Part shown: one piece after another, positions 1 through 12,837 of the stretch
How positions within the stretch are numbered: position 1 is the stretch's first letter
How the letters are laid out: the number at the start of each line of letters is the position of its first letter
NCBI GenBank assembly: GCA_037379345.1
Contig: CM074517.1
Location: 27,156,001 to 27,220,000 of the forward strand
Length of the DNA stretch: 64,000 bases
Direction of reading: 5' to 3'
Source: Perna viridis
Lineage: Eukaryota
Notes under the pieces: model-generated
What the model was told of the DNA's origin: nothing
Database searches by the model: none
Seen by the model: only the letters and a program-made list of their open reading frames with translations
Made by a program: the position numbers and the translations under genes

Positions 1-1117
1 TCTCTTATTCATTTCTCCATCTACACCAATTAATGGAATTTAATAAAATTTTCGCTGAAAATTTATTACATATTTCAATGTGGACCTTCTATTTTAGATT
101 TTTATCAAATTAATTTGGATACCAAAAGGTCAATATCAGTTAACGAGGGAATAGGGTGTAACGCAAGTGATCATCACTGTGTTTTCTAGTTTTAGTGTTA
201 AATACTACTTTTCGTTATTATGATTTCTGTCTATATTTTTAAATTGAACGCTTGCTCTTCAAACTTGTTTCATTTATTCATAAAATCATTAAGTTTCTTT
301 TTTTATGATGAAATGGTGAAATTAAGTTCTAAATTATTTTGTTTCTAATGTCATTTTCAATCGGAGACTTCATGTATGTGACAACAACTCGAAAAAGGTA
401 GAAAGTGTTCAGTTATCGTAATGTTTTAAAATATATGCCAAATTAAAAACAAAAAACTGGAATAGTAAAAATATAGTAATATCAGTCTAAACACAATGAC
501 AAATTGCAAATAAGCGCTAGCCCTAAATTTCGTGGAAATATATCACGAAAATTTCAAGTTGTTGGTTTTCGCAATATGTCTCAATGTTAAGTAAAAAATC
601 TCTTGTCAATCTGCAATAATGACACGCAATATATCACGCATTAATATCCAGTTGTAGAACTAAATGTGTTCACTCGGTGACATCGGTAATTATATGTAAT
701 TTTGACTGCCACAATTGATATTATACTGTCTGTTCATGTGTCTGTTCAACGACATTGTTACTCTAAATAGCATAAATATGTGACGACCGGGGGATTATTT
801 TGTTGCGCTGTTTCTTTTTACAATCCTACGTTGAGAAAAACGCCCGGCGAAGCCGTCCTCTGATATATTTAAAACTTGCGAATTATTGAATATTTTTATG
901 TCCGACGTCCAGATGTACACAGTCAGAAAAAAATAAGTGTCACATATTATATTCATACGATAGTCATGTAGAAATAATATGACAAAACATACAATCATAA
1001 TAGTTATTTAGAAATCATTCGATAATGACGTTGACATATATCTAATTACATATGCTAATCATTTAATCATTTCAATGTCATATGTTAATCATTTAAGTCC
1101 ATGTACATTTATTTTAA

Positions 1118-2383
1118 AGGAGACATGACAAAAATATTTCATTTTTTAAACGTTTATATTAATAAAAAAATATAGTATGTTTATATACTATTATAACAAA
1201 ACGTTTTCTTATCTGGTTAACGCTAATTAAAATTAGAATGATTTAGTTGTGTTATCACGACGACCTAATTAATATACATAAATGAAAACCGGAAGTAACA
1301 CCCACTTACCATATATGGAAGTGCTACGTCATTGGTTCTCATCTCCATTTAGGTGCATTGAAAGTGGTCCAACGATTTGAGTCCGATAATCGTGTTAAGA
1401 AAGCAAAAATACTAAAGCTTTCTCGTTTTCTGGCAGCATTTCATTTTTGTTAGGCATACATCCCCACGTGGCGAAAACACAACTACTTTGCACACTATTT
1501 TTGGGACTTGAAGAGGAGGGTGCAAATAAAATAGTGACACTCTTTGTATCGTTCTTTCTTTGCCGATGGGTTATATCAATTTACAAATCTGGTAGACTTA
1601 ATTATGGCCAAGACAACGCGTGCGCGGCTTCTTTTACCTTTACATGGTTCGGCACCTCATGACACAGGTGCCAACGTATGTGTATGACCGATAATTGAAA
1701 TATAATTGCATTTCTTTTGTCTTGCGAATTTTTAAATAAAATCATTTGTTTGGATAATTCAATATATTGAACAATTTATACATGTAATTGCGGGGTACTT
1801 GTCAGGAGTAACGTTCCGTAAAAAGGGGTAAAGATATTTTCATTGACGATCGAGATCGGAACAGTTTAAATCTTAGAATGTAAATTTAATTTACTTTATG
1901 TAAAAAGTTCATTCAAAGATGACAAAACATACTGAAATATTTTTATGTAATCTTTGAAAAGAAGTGGTGTTGTCTCTTTGTGGATTCTAGTCTTCACACA
2001 TGTAACAATTAAATATTTCTGTCATTGTTTATCATTTTCTTCTTGAATTTGTTTAAATTGATACAACTGTAAGTATGTATTTGCTGGCAAACCAAAACTT
2101 TAATATTTTCACTCTAATTTGTGAAATCATGTAAAAAGTGCAGAAGTCCCACGCATTTCAACCACTCGATCTATGAATTGAGAACCAGTGATGTAGCACG
2201 GTCACGTGACAACATTGCTAATTAAAATTCATCTGGCTTGGGTCATCGTCGATTTTGAATCAATTTATCTTCAATTAAACGACGTAAGTGACTACAAGGG
2301 GCGTTTTTATGATATGTATTAGGTATTAATAAATCATATGAACCAAAAATTGAAAAAAAATATTTTTTTGTGTTATGTCTCCT
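1118..2383. mobile_element. Non-autonomous Kolobok-like DNA transposon (1.27 kb)
   Basis: TTAA|AGGAGACATGACAAAAA ... TTTTTGTGTTATGTCTCCT|TTAA: imperfect TIRs, AG..CT termini, TTAA on both sides (1114-1117, 2384-2387). No transposase ORF seen. Confidence 0.75.
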
Positions 2384-2399
2384 TTAATGTATTTTGAAC

Positions 2400-2684
2400 T
2401 TAACTATGCCGAACACTTGTCTAAACTGGACAATTTTTAAAGTCTAAAAGAGGTTCAGTTTAGACAGGATTCATTGTTTTCATTTGTGACTATTGATAAC
2501 TAAGAAAGGTCGAAAACTAGGGCCTCATTTTCTGTATTTTATTGCCTTTTATTTGTATTAAGTTCCGTGTTACATTTTTAAATCTTGTTGTTGCTCCCCT
2601 TTTTAATATTCTGATTTTAATAATCGCCTGGATTAGACTGGGCTTTTGGATTATGCAGGGTTCGCTTTTGACAGGTTTCACTGA
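2400..2684. mobile_element. Tc1/mariner-like MITE remnants
   Basis: Ends ...GACAGGTTTCACTG. 2627-2684 is the reverse complement of ~60930-60984, and 2400-2470 resembles 61030-61085. Confidence 0.5.
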
Positions 2685-4283
2685 ATTCATATGATTATGA
2701 TTCTCATTTGGAAATCATATGATAATCACACATTTTTTTAATAATGATAATCGTTTAATCGTCATATGTAAATATTGGCTTGCAATACACATTTGCAAAT
2801 CATATTAAATTGTTTACCTGTATCTTTGGTGTGTCAATCATAAGAGAATTTCAAACATGTGCAAACTAATATATAGACTAATCATATCTCACTCAATATG
2901 TAACTTTTAAATTGCACCATGGCCAAGTTACCATTTTTTTACTATTAGGAGTCGATGGATTTTCCGTAAAATTCCACTGTGTTCAAATTCCATGACATTT
3001 AAATCCAGCATTGCAATGTCTACATTGTCAAATCGGCCATGATTTCGTTACCAGTTTACCAACTACATTCGTGTCAAGAATTCTTTTGAAGGTTATCGGT
3101 CCTCCTATGTATTTTTTCATTTTGAAAAATAACATTTTGTCAAACAGAAATTGGAAATCCAATCCTAGTAATCGGTTGTTTTGTTTAATAAACCGAGAAG
3201 CGCAGGACAAATAAAAAGGAAGACAACTCTACCCCGGTATCAGTACGACTGAGGGAAATTATGGTTATATCATCAACTATTTACCATATTCTTGTTTAGG
3301 TATGATTAACCACAATGCAATGCACAGCATGTAGTAGAGTGGGGCAGACTAATGACATACTGGACAGAGAGTATGTGGGTAAGTATGTTAATCAAAGAGA
3401 AAAAGATAACTATACAATTATATTAACCATTAGCTTTGCATTTGTATTAGATCTTATTTGTGACCTATTAAAATGACGAAACATTCTGTAATGATTGTTC
3501 TTCTGTCCTGAACAACGGAGGAAAACCAATTTGTAAAATAAACAGATTTTGTTACAATGTAACATGTATTTTAGAATAAAATTTAGTCAAGTGAATTCAC
3601 TACTCAAGTTTGTAATAAAATATACAAAAACAGTTTTAAAAAAATACTACTGCATTTAATTCTTCTTAAATATATCTAAAATATAAGCACCTGGTATATC
3701 TCAAGACGTCTCATATAAACGGTTTGGAGCTCCCTTGGTGACTATTTACTCATAATTCACGGGAAGAAGCGGAACAAAGATGTGAGTAGCGCTTTTGTGT
3801 GCTCGGCTTTCTGTTTTTCTAGAATCGCCTACTGAGTTATGTCACAGAAGATGAAGACAATTAACATTGCATTAAGAATTGATTTTTAATGTGCAATTGG
3901 TTGGAACGTAAAATCAAAAGAACCAAGATTCGAGTGGAAGTCAAACTAATGCAGTACAAGGACAAAAAAGGACAAGGAAAATAGACCAACAACAAAGAAC
4001 GTGAAACGACCAAATGAAATGTACTAAAAAAGCGAAAGTAAATAAGCAACTCGGCCGTCTAAGACTTTTTATAATTTTATTTATTCATTTATTTATTTAT
4101 TTATTTATTGTTGATATAGTTTTATTGATTTGTTTTTTTTTTTATTTATTGTCTAATGAGTCCACTTTGCAGTAGTTTGCGCCTGGGAGTATCGAACAAG
4201 GGTTACACACTGTAAGAAAAAGTCAAAATAGCATATAATCTGCATAATTATATTACAGTATTAATGTAACATGTTCTACTAAC

Positions 4284-4452
4284 CTAAGTGATTAACGCAG
4301 AGATCGCAGCATCCACACGCATCTCCGTTCTTTACAAATCTTCCTTCACGTAGATTCAGGCACAGATTCACATGGGTATTTTTCGTATATACCAGACTGG
4401 CATAAGGTCATATCACAAAAGCGCAAACATAAAACATAAATACCAGCTTCAT
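4284..4452 (-). pseudogene. Pseudogenised exon 1 of small 12-Cys IGFBP-fold/AmFPI-1-like secreted protein (copy A)
   Basis: Aligns with 14062-14245 (MKLVFM...EGRFVKNGDACGCCDLCVNHL, then GTTAGT donor). A deletion in the signal peptide gives an early TGA, and there is a 2-nt deletion at TCT ACG T(GT) GAA. No exon 2 found downstream. Confidence 0.85.
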
Positions 4453-4614
4453 ATTCCTTCTTTTTAAATCTTTGACGTAACTGTGTGAAAAGTTAGTTTA
4501 GTTATAACCGATAACGAAAATGAGAACAAGTTATATATTCATAAAATATCATGTATAATATATAAAATTTCATAACATTATGCTACTTTATTCAATTTTG
4601 AAGATGATAATTAC

Positions 4615-5020
4615 TTAAGTACCAGTCCATATAAACTTCAGATAGTTCAAATGGTAAAGTGATACATTGTGTAGAAAAACCCACCAAACAAACAGTGTTT
4701 TTTTCAGTCTACATATGCTATAGTTTTACATTACAATAATAATTTCCTCATTCAGATCTGAACTTGTGAGAAAAACATATATTCATCTCCCACTAAAATC
4801 AAACAAATCAAACCAAATCAGGAACAATAACTTTTGCAAAGTATCAATTCCATGTACAATCTATACAATTTTTATCTGAAATGCGCAACAACCAAATGAA
4901 AAACGAAGACTGGTAATGTGATCAGTAACTGTGTCTGAACAAGAAATAAAACTGAATTTGGTGGGTTTTTGACATGTATGAATCACCTCCTGTCTGATTT
5001 TTATAAAGACTGGTACTTAA
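4615..5020. mobile_element. TTAA-flanked MITE
   Basis: TTAAGTACCAGTCCATATAAA ... TTTATAAAGACTGGTACTTAA inverted termini. Absent from the paralogous region upstream of 14245; second copy at ~34370-34835. Confidence 0.75.
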
Positions 5021-5729
5021 CTACCTTTGTTTTTATGAGATTCCGCGGTATACCTATATAGACGGAGTCCATTCTGTAGTTTATCAAAATAGTCGTTTTT
5101 TTTCACATTTACGGATTGCAAACCATTTTAAGTTTTTCCAAAGGACGTAGCCCTTTAACACGCGACAACCTGGTCACACTGGGGAAGGGGAGATCAGTAA
5201 ACACTTTTCTTTGAAACGTACATTATTTGCACCTCGGTAAGAAACTAAATGGCTTAAATTGTATTAGTTTAAAGTATCCAAGACTGCAGCTACAATAAGT
5301 GAAATATTTGAATTTGAAGTCTACTGCTGCCCGTTGCTCCAATCGGACAGTAAACCAGTCTGTCGGGTTAAAGAGATACTTCCTTTTGCTCAAAATGAAT
5401 TTTAAAAAATCAAGTCAAAGTGAAAAAGGTCTTATACAGACTTAGTTGATCTGAATAAAAAATTAAACTGGTAGTTTATAACTTTCTATGTATCCACATA
5501 TGTGTTTAAAAAACTTTTGTTGTGTGATTTATTATTGTTGATCACTGCCTTCGTTTTGGTTTCCGTATGTAATATAGTATTGATACACGTATCTTGCTTC
5601 ATTTGAATCTGTGGTTCATGTAGAACGAACAATATAATGGAAAGCGCCTAAGGTTTATATTCATTAGATTGATTTACATTTAAAAAAAATTGGAATAAGG
5701 AAAATATAGGATTCCAAGACTAAACACGA

Positions 5730-6117
5730 TTAAATATCATGCAAAATATGAAAAATGTGATACACCCCAAAAAAGGCTACATATTTTTATTTTTGTAATT
5801 AAGTTGTTTTAAGGGTGTATATTATGAAATGTCTAATTATTCATTCCGATCTGTCTGCTCTTAGGAGATAATCAACATTGAAAATCCAACAGATTCTATT
5901 GTATTTGAGTGTCATTTACTGAGTTATCGCCCTTAATTTTGAAATCTACAGTGCATTCTATACAATTTTTATCTCCTATGAGCACTGGTTATATGAAAAA
6001 ACAAATATTAATTTCTGTTTACTAAAGCATTTTAAACAATATATCAAAAATAAAAATATGTAGGCTTTCCAACCATGAATCACATTTTGCATGATTCTTA
6101 GCTGGAGTGCTACTTAA
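5730..6117. mobile_element. TIR MITE (GTAAGAATCATGC family)
   Basis: Same internal sequence as 43190-43560 and, inverted, 63287-63826. Ends GCATGATTCTTAGCTGGAGTGCTACTTAA. Confidence 0.7.
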
Positions 6118-7364
6118 AAACAGCACTTATGCATTAGATTCTCCTTTCCAAACATTTGACAAAATGTCAAGTTGTTTGTTTGTTTGTATTTTGCAAGATA
6201 TCTAAGTGTTATGTACCAAATTACTTGTCATTTTACAATTATTCTTTGCGATATATTAAAAACTTATCTACTTCATTTATTTCCCAAAATATAGTGAATG
6301 CGATTATAAAGACAAATAAGACTGAAAATATACAGTGGAATAATATATGATGTCACTTAAAATTTTAATCAAGTATTTTGTGATTGTTCTGTAAGTGTCT
6401 GTATAATTACATTGTTACTCTGTACAGCGTAAATGTTGAGCAGCCGGGAATCTTTGCTTCGGGCATCAATCCTGAAATTAACAAGCCACCCTCTGACATA
6501 TTGATAACATGCTAGCTGCTATTGTATGGTATGCCTAGTTTTCATAGTTCGAAGTGTCGTATATGATAATTCTAAAACGATTTATAATATATTTGATAAT
6601 CATGTGGAAATGTTGCGATATGATTGTGATAGGCATTAAGAAATCATATGATTGGGAGCAGGACATGCTTATCTTTTCAGAGCACCTGATGTCATTCCCG
6701 GTTCTTGTGGGAATTTATATTACTTGTGTTTTCGTTCGGTTCGCTACATTGTGTATGTAGAGCGTCTTTGTTACATGTGTTTGAATAAATACATATAAAA
6801 TACTGGTTATACTTCATTCTTATTCCAAAATAATTCTAAAGTCAAGACAAGGGTACTGACTTATTGAGGGGGGATTCTTAAAATTTCTGGGAAAAAATGT
6901 AATAAAACAATAATATGGTAGCCAAGTACATGTGAGAGCATGTATGTTTTATGACACCCATAAAGGAGATATTGGCTTTGGCGGTTGGCTTTGGTCAATA
7001 TTGTTACTTAAGTCGAATCCATACATTGTATTGCGTGCTTTGAGCTGTCATAATTGTATATGTTTCATAATTTCGTCAATATTTATGACCTGAAAAACCA
7101 ATAAAAAGCAAATCGGTTATGTCGTTTTTGAGTATTAACCATAATGGCTTACATTAAAATGCATCCTTGGTATTATTGTAGTTCATATTTGCAGAGAGAT
7201 AATTGAAATATATTTACCAACTGAAATCATTCATCGTTAGAATCAATGATTATTTTTTGTTCATAACATTATGAATTGTTATCATTACTGATTTTCACCT
7301 ATAAAACGATAAAAGATATGTCTGCACCATGTGAATAAATATGTAACATTCATAACATATATTT

Positions 7365-7493
7365 AAGTGTTTCTAGAAAAGGAGAGAACGTTTACCTTAC
7401 CGGTGCACCTGTGCCAACGTTCCCAGTATTTACCGGAGTCTGGTTTGCTCGTTAACTTTTTTTCTCTGTTCGTGTTATTTTTGTTTTTGTTTC

Positions 7494-7529
<36 letters not shown>

Positions 7530-7602
7530 TTTTTTTTTTTTTTTTTTTTTGGGGGGGGGGCTTTTCTTAAATCAGCTCGAATCTTTATTCCCTTGATTAC
7601 TC
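7365..7602 (+). mobile_element. Degenerate 3' end of Penelope-like retroelement
   Basis: GTGTTTCTAGAAAAGG...TTACCTTACCGGTGCACCTG...CCCTTGATTACTC matches the 3' end of 39343-40038. Confidence 0.7.
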
Positions 7603-8635
7603 TTTAAGATACATATGGAATTATTTAAAATAATTGTATTTAGTATTTAGTAATATGCTGAAACATTCTATAATGATTGTCAATTTGTTCTCTACAGCGG
7701 AGGAAAACCATTTTGTAAATAAACGGATTTAATTAACATGTACTTTTAGAATAAAATTTAGTAAAGTGAATGCACAACTGAAGCTTGTTATAATATATAC
7801 AAAAGTAAAAATATAAATCATCTCTTCCACATTTAATTCTTCTTAAATATATCTAAGCAGTATATCTCAAGACGTCTAATATGAATGGTTTGGACTTCAT
7901 GAGCTCGTTTGGTGTTGATATATAAGGTTACGTAAAATACTTAATTAAAACTATGTGCGTGCTAATAATCATCCTTCCACATTCTTATCTTTATATGTAA
8001 AGTAGTTATCCGAGTCTCGGTAAATGTCACCCGTGGGTAACGCAGTTGAATTCACTGACCATTTGATTATAAAAACGTAGTTGACATTTAAACTGTTCCC
8101 TAAACTGCTTTTAGCCTTCCAGGTGTAGGAATTTTCGAAATAATGTTCCAAAAGTATTTCAAAATATAGAACATAGAACAACACCAATGGAGATGATGGT
8201 CCTGTCTTTCATCGGTATATACCAGTAGCACATATTACATGGTAACAATAAAAAATACAAAGGTTGCATAAAAAGAGTTTTCAGATGGTGTTGGGAGCAA
8301 TTTTACGAGAATATTTCAAGTCGCTACAACTTGTTATTATATGGATCGACGAAAAAGATGGTAAATGCAGGGACATACCTCAGTAATTGATACTAAATAC
8401 GGAACTTAAGGACTCATTGGTCTGTGAATAAATTTATACAGAATAAATTGGATCTTCATGGCGGTGGTATATGTTGACAACGATAAAATCAAATGTAACA
8501 TTTTACTATTCATACTCCGCAGAAGTATAGTCAAATGACGTAAGCTTTAGTTAAATGGTTTCAAGGAAAAGACGAAAATCCTCACATTATGTTATTCTAT
8601 AACTTGTTTTCCGTTATTAAAAGAATTGCCCTGAA

Positions 8636-8825
8636 NNNNNNNNNNNNNNNNNNNNNNNNNNNNNNNNNNNNNNNNNNNNNNNNNNNNNNNNNNNNNNNNN
8701 NNNNNNNNNNNNNNNNNNNNNNNNNNNNNNNNNNNNNNNNNNNNNNNNNNNNNNNNNNNNNNNNNNNNNNNNNNNNNNNNNNNNNNNNNNNNNNNNNNNN
8801 NNNNNNNNNNNNNNNNNNNNNNNNN
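8636..8825. other. Assembly gap (190 N)
   Basis: Run of N. Confidence 1.
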
Positions 8826-8899
8826 AGCTTTTAAAAAATATCTTATAAACATGTTGTATTGAAAAATACCTTTGAATTGAAAAATAATTTGATGAAAGT

Positions 8900-11080
8900 A
8901 TCAGCTTAAGGCCATCCATTGGTCGTCAATGAATCACATCTAAAAATCTGTTCAAAAAGGTCTGAGTCCCTTGTTACAACGAATATAAAGAAACTGAATA
9001 TAAATCACACAAATGTACAAGCTAAGGAGTACTAGCAGTTAACTGGCATGCCAGCACCAGACCAGTCTAAACATACAAACATTTATGTCTCCATCGTATG
9101 TAAAGTCAATCCCAATTCTTCCCGTGCAGAGTGTAGAACCACGGTACATCATAAGTCATACAATAAAGACTTAACCAAAGTCATGTCAAAACTGCTTTTA
9201 AATAAATTGTTTTAATTTATATGTTAAGACTCTATGAAAGAATCAATGTAAATATCAAAAATATGCTCAACTATTTGACAACAATATCATAACTATACCC
9301 AATACGTATGAGCCTATTCAACGGTTTAGTTAAGTTATTGGGTGACTATCGAGCTTCCTGTGCTATGTATAGAATATTACCAACATAACAAAAGGTGAAA
9401 GATTTCCTTTACAAGTGCATCTGTATTTGAGAATGGGTTCTTTGCATTTGTTAAAAAATTGTGCATGTTTTACGAGGTTGTAATATCGAAAATTTGGTAG
9501 AAATTTCTAGGGTATGTAAAAAAACATTGTTACAAATACGAGAAAATCGAACCAACTGTGATTTTTAAACACGTGACCAACTTAAAACGGATAGTTGAGA
9601 ATAGGGAATGAAACATCATTATACTGTTTATCGTAAATTTTAGTATTAAGTTTACCAATATCGATATGAATACTAAGATCAAGAAACGGACTTTCTTTAT
9701 TATCAATATTAGCTTCATTCAAAGACAGTTCTGCAGGATATATACCGTCAGTATAAATGTTGAAGTCATTGTTGTTTAGAGCCACAATTTCGTCCAAATA
9801 GCTAGACTTTTTTCTATCAAATGTTGTTTGGAAGGGTCTTTTTTTATCCTAGCCATAAATAGTGACTTGTACAGTACAGGAAGAGGCCCGCAATAAGTGA
9901 TGCACGATTGGCCTCCACGGGAATTCCAATAATTTGACGATAAACGGTTTCGCTAAAGCGTAAGAAAATATTGTCAAACAGGAATTCGAGTGCAGTAAGC
10001 ATATCAAAAGAAGTCCAATTAACGTAGTTTTTTTTATGTTATTAATTACTTAAAATTATCTTAAAGAATTCCAACAAATATATTAACAACTTCTACTGGA
10101 TAAAATAATGACTGTAATGACCATGCACAGTCAAATTTTAACTGAAGCGGTCAAATTATGCCTACTGAAATGCTCATTTTTGTTTTTTATTAAGTCATAT
10201 TTTGACCATATATATCATCACTTAAAATGTCCATTAAAAATACAATTTGTCGAACTCAAAAACAAATGAGTTGTAGTAGACAATCTAAGAACATCAAAGC
10301 AAATATTGTGTTGAGTTGGACATAAAATGTCTTATACACGTTTTTGCGTTAAGTTGGACACATTTTGTGTACCTCAACGCAAAAGGTGTTGATATTTTGT
10401 CGTCTAACTCAACCAAAAAAAGCGTTGACAGACATTCTTTGACTAACTCAACAAAAAAGTGTTGACTTACCCAAATAATGTCTACCCAAACATCTTATTT
10501 TGTTTAGATTGACTAAAAAACTGATGCCACCATTTTTACCGTATTGGTATACAAAATGTTTTTTTTTATAGCCAGACATTTTGTTTCTGTATCAGTCAAA
10601 AAGACGACTGCAGATGATCGTATCGGTTATTATTTTGTTCAGTAGTGATCGCAATTTACTTAATGACCATTTGATAAGATATGTTATTTGTTTTTCTTTT
10701 ATGAAATTAAATTTAAGTGTATTGTATTAATTTGAAAAATCACAACTTTGAACAGATTCATCAAGCACTTCAAACGAGTTTTTAACACTCAAAAAAGTTA
10801 ATGCCACCATTTTCATAAGCTTTGTTACAAAATTAATAATAAGATTTTTATGGTATTGAGCGCTTTATGAAGTAAAACAGAAAGTCTAGTTGTACAGCAG
10901 TGATTACGAGAGGAAATGGATCTATAATTATAAGGTGATTTGTAAAGTTTGGGAAGCAAGTATATAGATGAAACTTCCATGGTACTAGACTCAGATTGTA
11001 AAGAGGAAACGACAAATTTGTGTTTCTTCAAAATTTCACCTTATGAATATTTAGTCAGTTGGAATGATGGTAATTTTTTT
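8900..11080 (-). mobile_element. Old degenerate Penelope-like (Naiad-type) reverse transcriptase element
   Basis: Minus-strand peptide remnants IYLLPKLYKSPYNYRSIS (~10900-10970), GIPVG (~9915-9930) and YLDEIVALNNNDF...IYPAELSL...PFLDLSI...KIYDK (9620-9805). Frameshifts and stops present. Confidence 0.75.
10124..10543. mobile_element. Nested non-autonomous TIR element with internal ~35-bp tandem repeats
   Basis: Interrupts the RT remnant. Repeated TTGAGTTGGACA / CTAACTCAAC motifs in inverted orientation; termini CACAGTCAAA ... TTTACCGTA. Confidence 0.45.
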
Positions 11081-11319
11081 TATAGAATTTCAATATAAAA
11101 TTTACGTTTTATCCGTTTAATACAATACGAACGGAGTGAGTCCTGGATGATGTTACGACATTTATTCCAACTGATGGAGATTGTGACTGGAAGACGATCC
11201 TTATATCCATTTTGAAGAAATGTTTTAAACGATTCTCAGATTACCTGAAATAACATGGGAACTGGTTGTATAAATATGTTTTATGTTACTTCAATTTCTA
11301 GACGGCGTATTTTCCTTTC

Positions 11320-11695
11320 AATTCATCACTACAGAAGTTTTATGGTCGTCATCATGAACTCGTGGATCGTTATGGTGTATCCATCAGCTCCATGAAAACT
11401 GATTTATTCAACGGGTCATAGTTTTCCTTTCCTCGTTTGTCTACCCCGGACTTGACTTTTTATGAGCAACTCGGCGGGTGTTTCCAGAAAAGAAGAGGAA
11501 GTTTACCCTACCGGTGCACATGGTCCATGCTCCCAGTTTTTAGTGGGGTCCGAGTTGCTCATTTGCTTTTCTTACTTTGTATGATTTTAGTTACTCTATG
11601 TTCTTTGTTGTGTATGTCTGTTGACCATGTCTGGTCTTTGTCCATGGATTACATTCTTTTGATTTCCGCTGAAATCTTGTTTCCCTTGATTACTT
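11320..11695 (+). mobile_element. 5'-truncated Penelope-like (Naiad-type) retroelement 3' end
   Basis: Encodes ...LQKFYGRHHELVDRYGVSISSMKTDLFNGS* followed by the family 3' UTR. Near-identical to the reverse complement of 39343-39720. Confidence 0.85.
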
Positions 11696-11789
11696 CTTTG
11701 CACAATTCATTATAACTAAAGACACATTTACGAGCTGGCTTTTTTTATAAATAGAGCAAATAGAAGGGAGTTCAGTTTTAAACTTTTCT

Positions 11790-12200
11790 TTAGGTTGAAG
11801 TTTTAACACGACTCTTTGTTAGAGGTATTGCCCTTGAAAAACGAAATTGACGCAGTTTTTTTCTATTTATTTATTATTTGTTTGTTTGTTTGGTCTTTTT
11901 TTTTTTTTTTACCATGATAGATGGAAAGAATATTTTTATTGACGGCAAATTTTTTATTATAAGGCCTTCAAAATACTTGATAGGGTAGAACGATTTCTTG
12001 TTAGAATTTTTGCCCTTCAGAGACGAGAAGTAAAGTTTCTTGCAGTTTTAGCCTTTGTCTTGAAAACCACGGAAGATAGAATAAAACTTTTAATAGATGA
12101 AAGCATCTTTACGATTATGCTAACAAACGTCTACATAGATTGAAGTTGTGGATCAAATCAGTCTTAGAGTTATTGCCCTTGAAGGGCAAATAATATGAAC
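11790..12200 (+). repeat. Degenerate ~170-180 bp tandem units, Helentron/HINE-associated satellite-like
   Basis: TTAGAG(G/T)TATTGCCCTTGAA-like motif recurs at ~11819, ~12001 and ~12164. Confidence 0.45.
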
Positions 12201-12837
12201 CAGTTGTGCAGATCAGGCTCCTTGGATGTTGTTATCGTTTTTTTTTTTGTTTTTTGTTTGTTTGTTTGTTTGATGAACTCACGCTTTAGGGCCAGCTGGA
12301 TGGCTAATGCAAATTATATAAATTACCAAAAAAATGTTGTATGGTTCATCATTATAAATTTTCAATATTTTGTTATCTTGGTTCTGTTGCAAAAAAAAAC
12401 TTCTTTGAAAGTATTCTCAAAATACATTTTGAGATTCAGGTCCTGTCTGTGTTTGAAATTCATGGAAAATTTGTGGTCTTGAAGTGTCTTTTTTCATGAA
12501 TATTGGTTTTAAATATATAAAACAGTTTCGTCATAAATGGTAAAATACCTCTTACAAATGTAGCAAAGTAATATAATATCATGGAGTAAAACTATTTTAT
12601 CTAATTTATTCTCTTTTATTGAAGCATTTAGTCTCATATTTATAATTTATTTTAATCAAATTTGATTTGTATTTATTCATATTAATTTGGCTAAATTTGG
12701 TATTTTTAAACCGAAATGCGTTTTCGTCCCAACAACACTGTTCTTTCCTAAAATAATCAAACAAGAACAAGAAGCATTTTTCATCTTGAGAAATTCCTAA
12801 GAAATGAACTGTATAATGTCATGGAAATATAAACGAT

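Noticed and set aside
2950-3105. Candidate exon 2 for pseudogene copy A
   Set aside because: No recognisable similarity to 12838-12947; contains stops.
3300-3378. Plus-strand exon-like segment (TTTAG|...|GTAAGT)
   Set aside because: Stops in all three frames and no partner exons.
8589-8919. ORFs spanning the N run
   Set aside because: Artefacts of the assembly gap.
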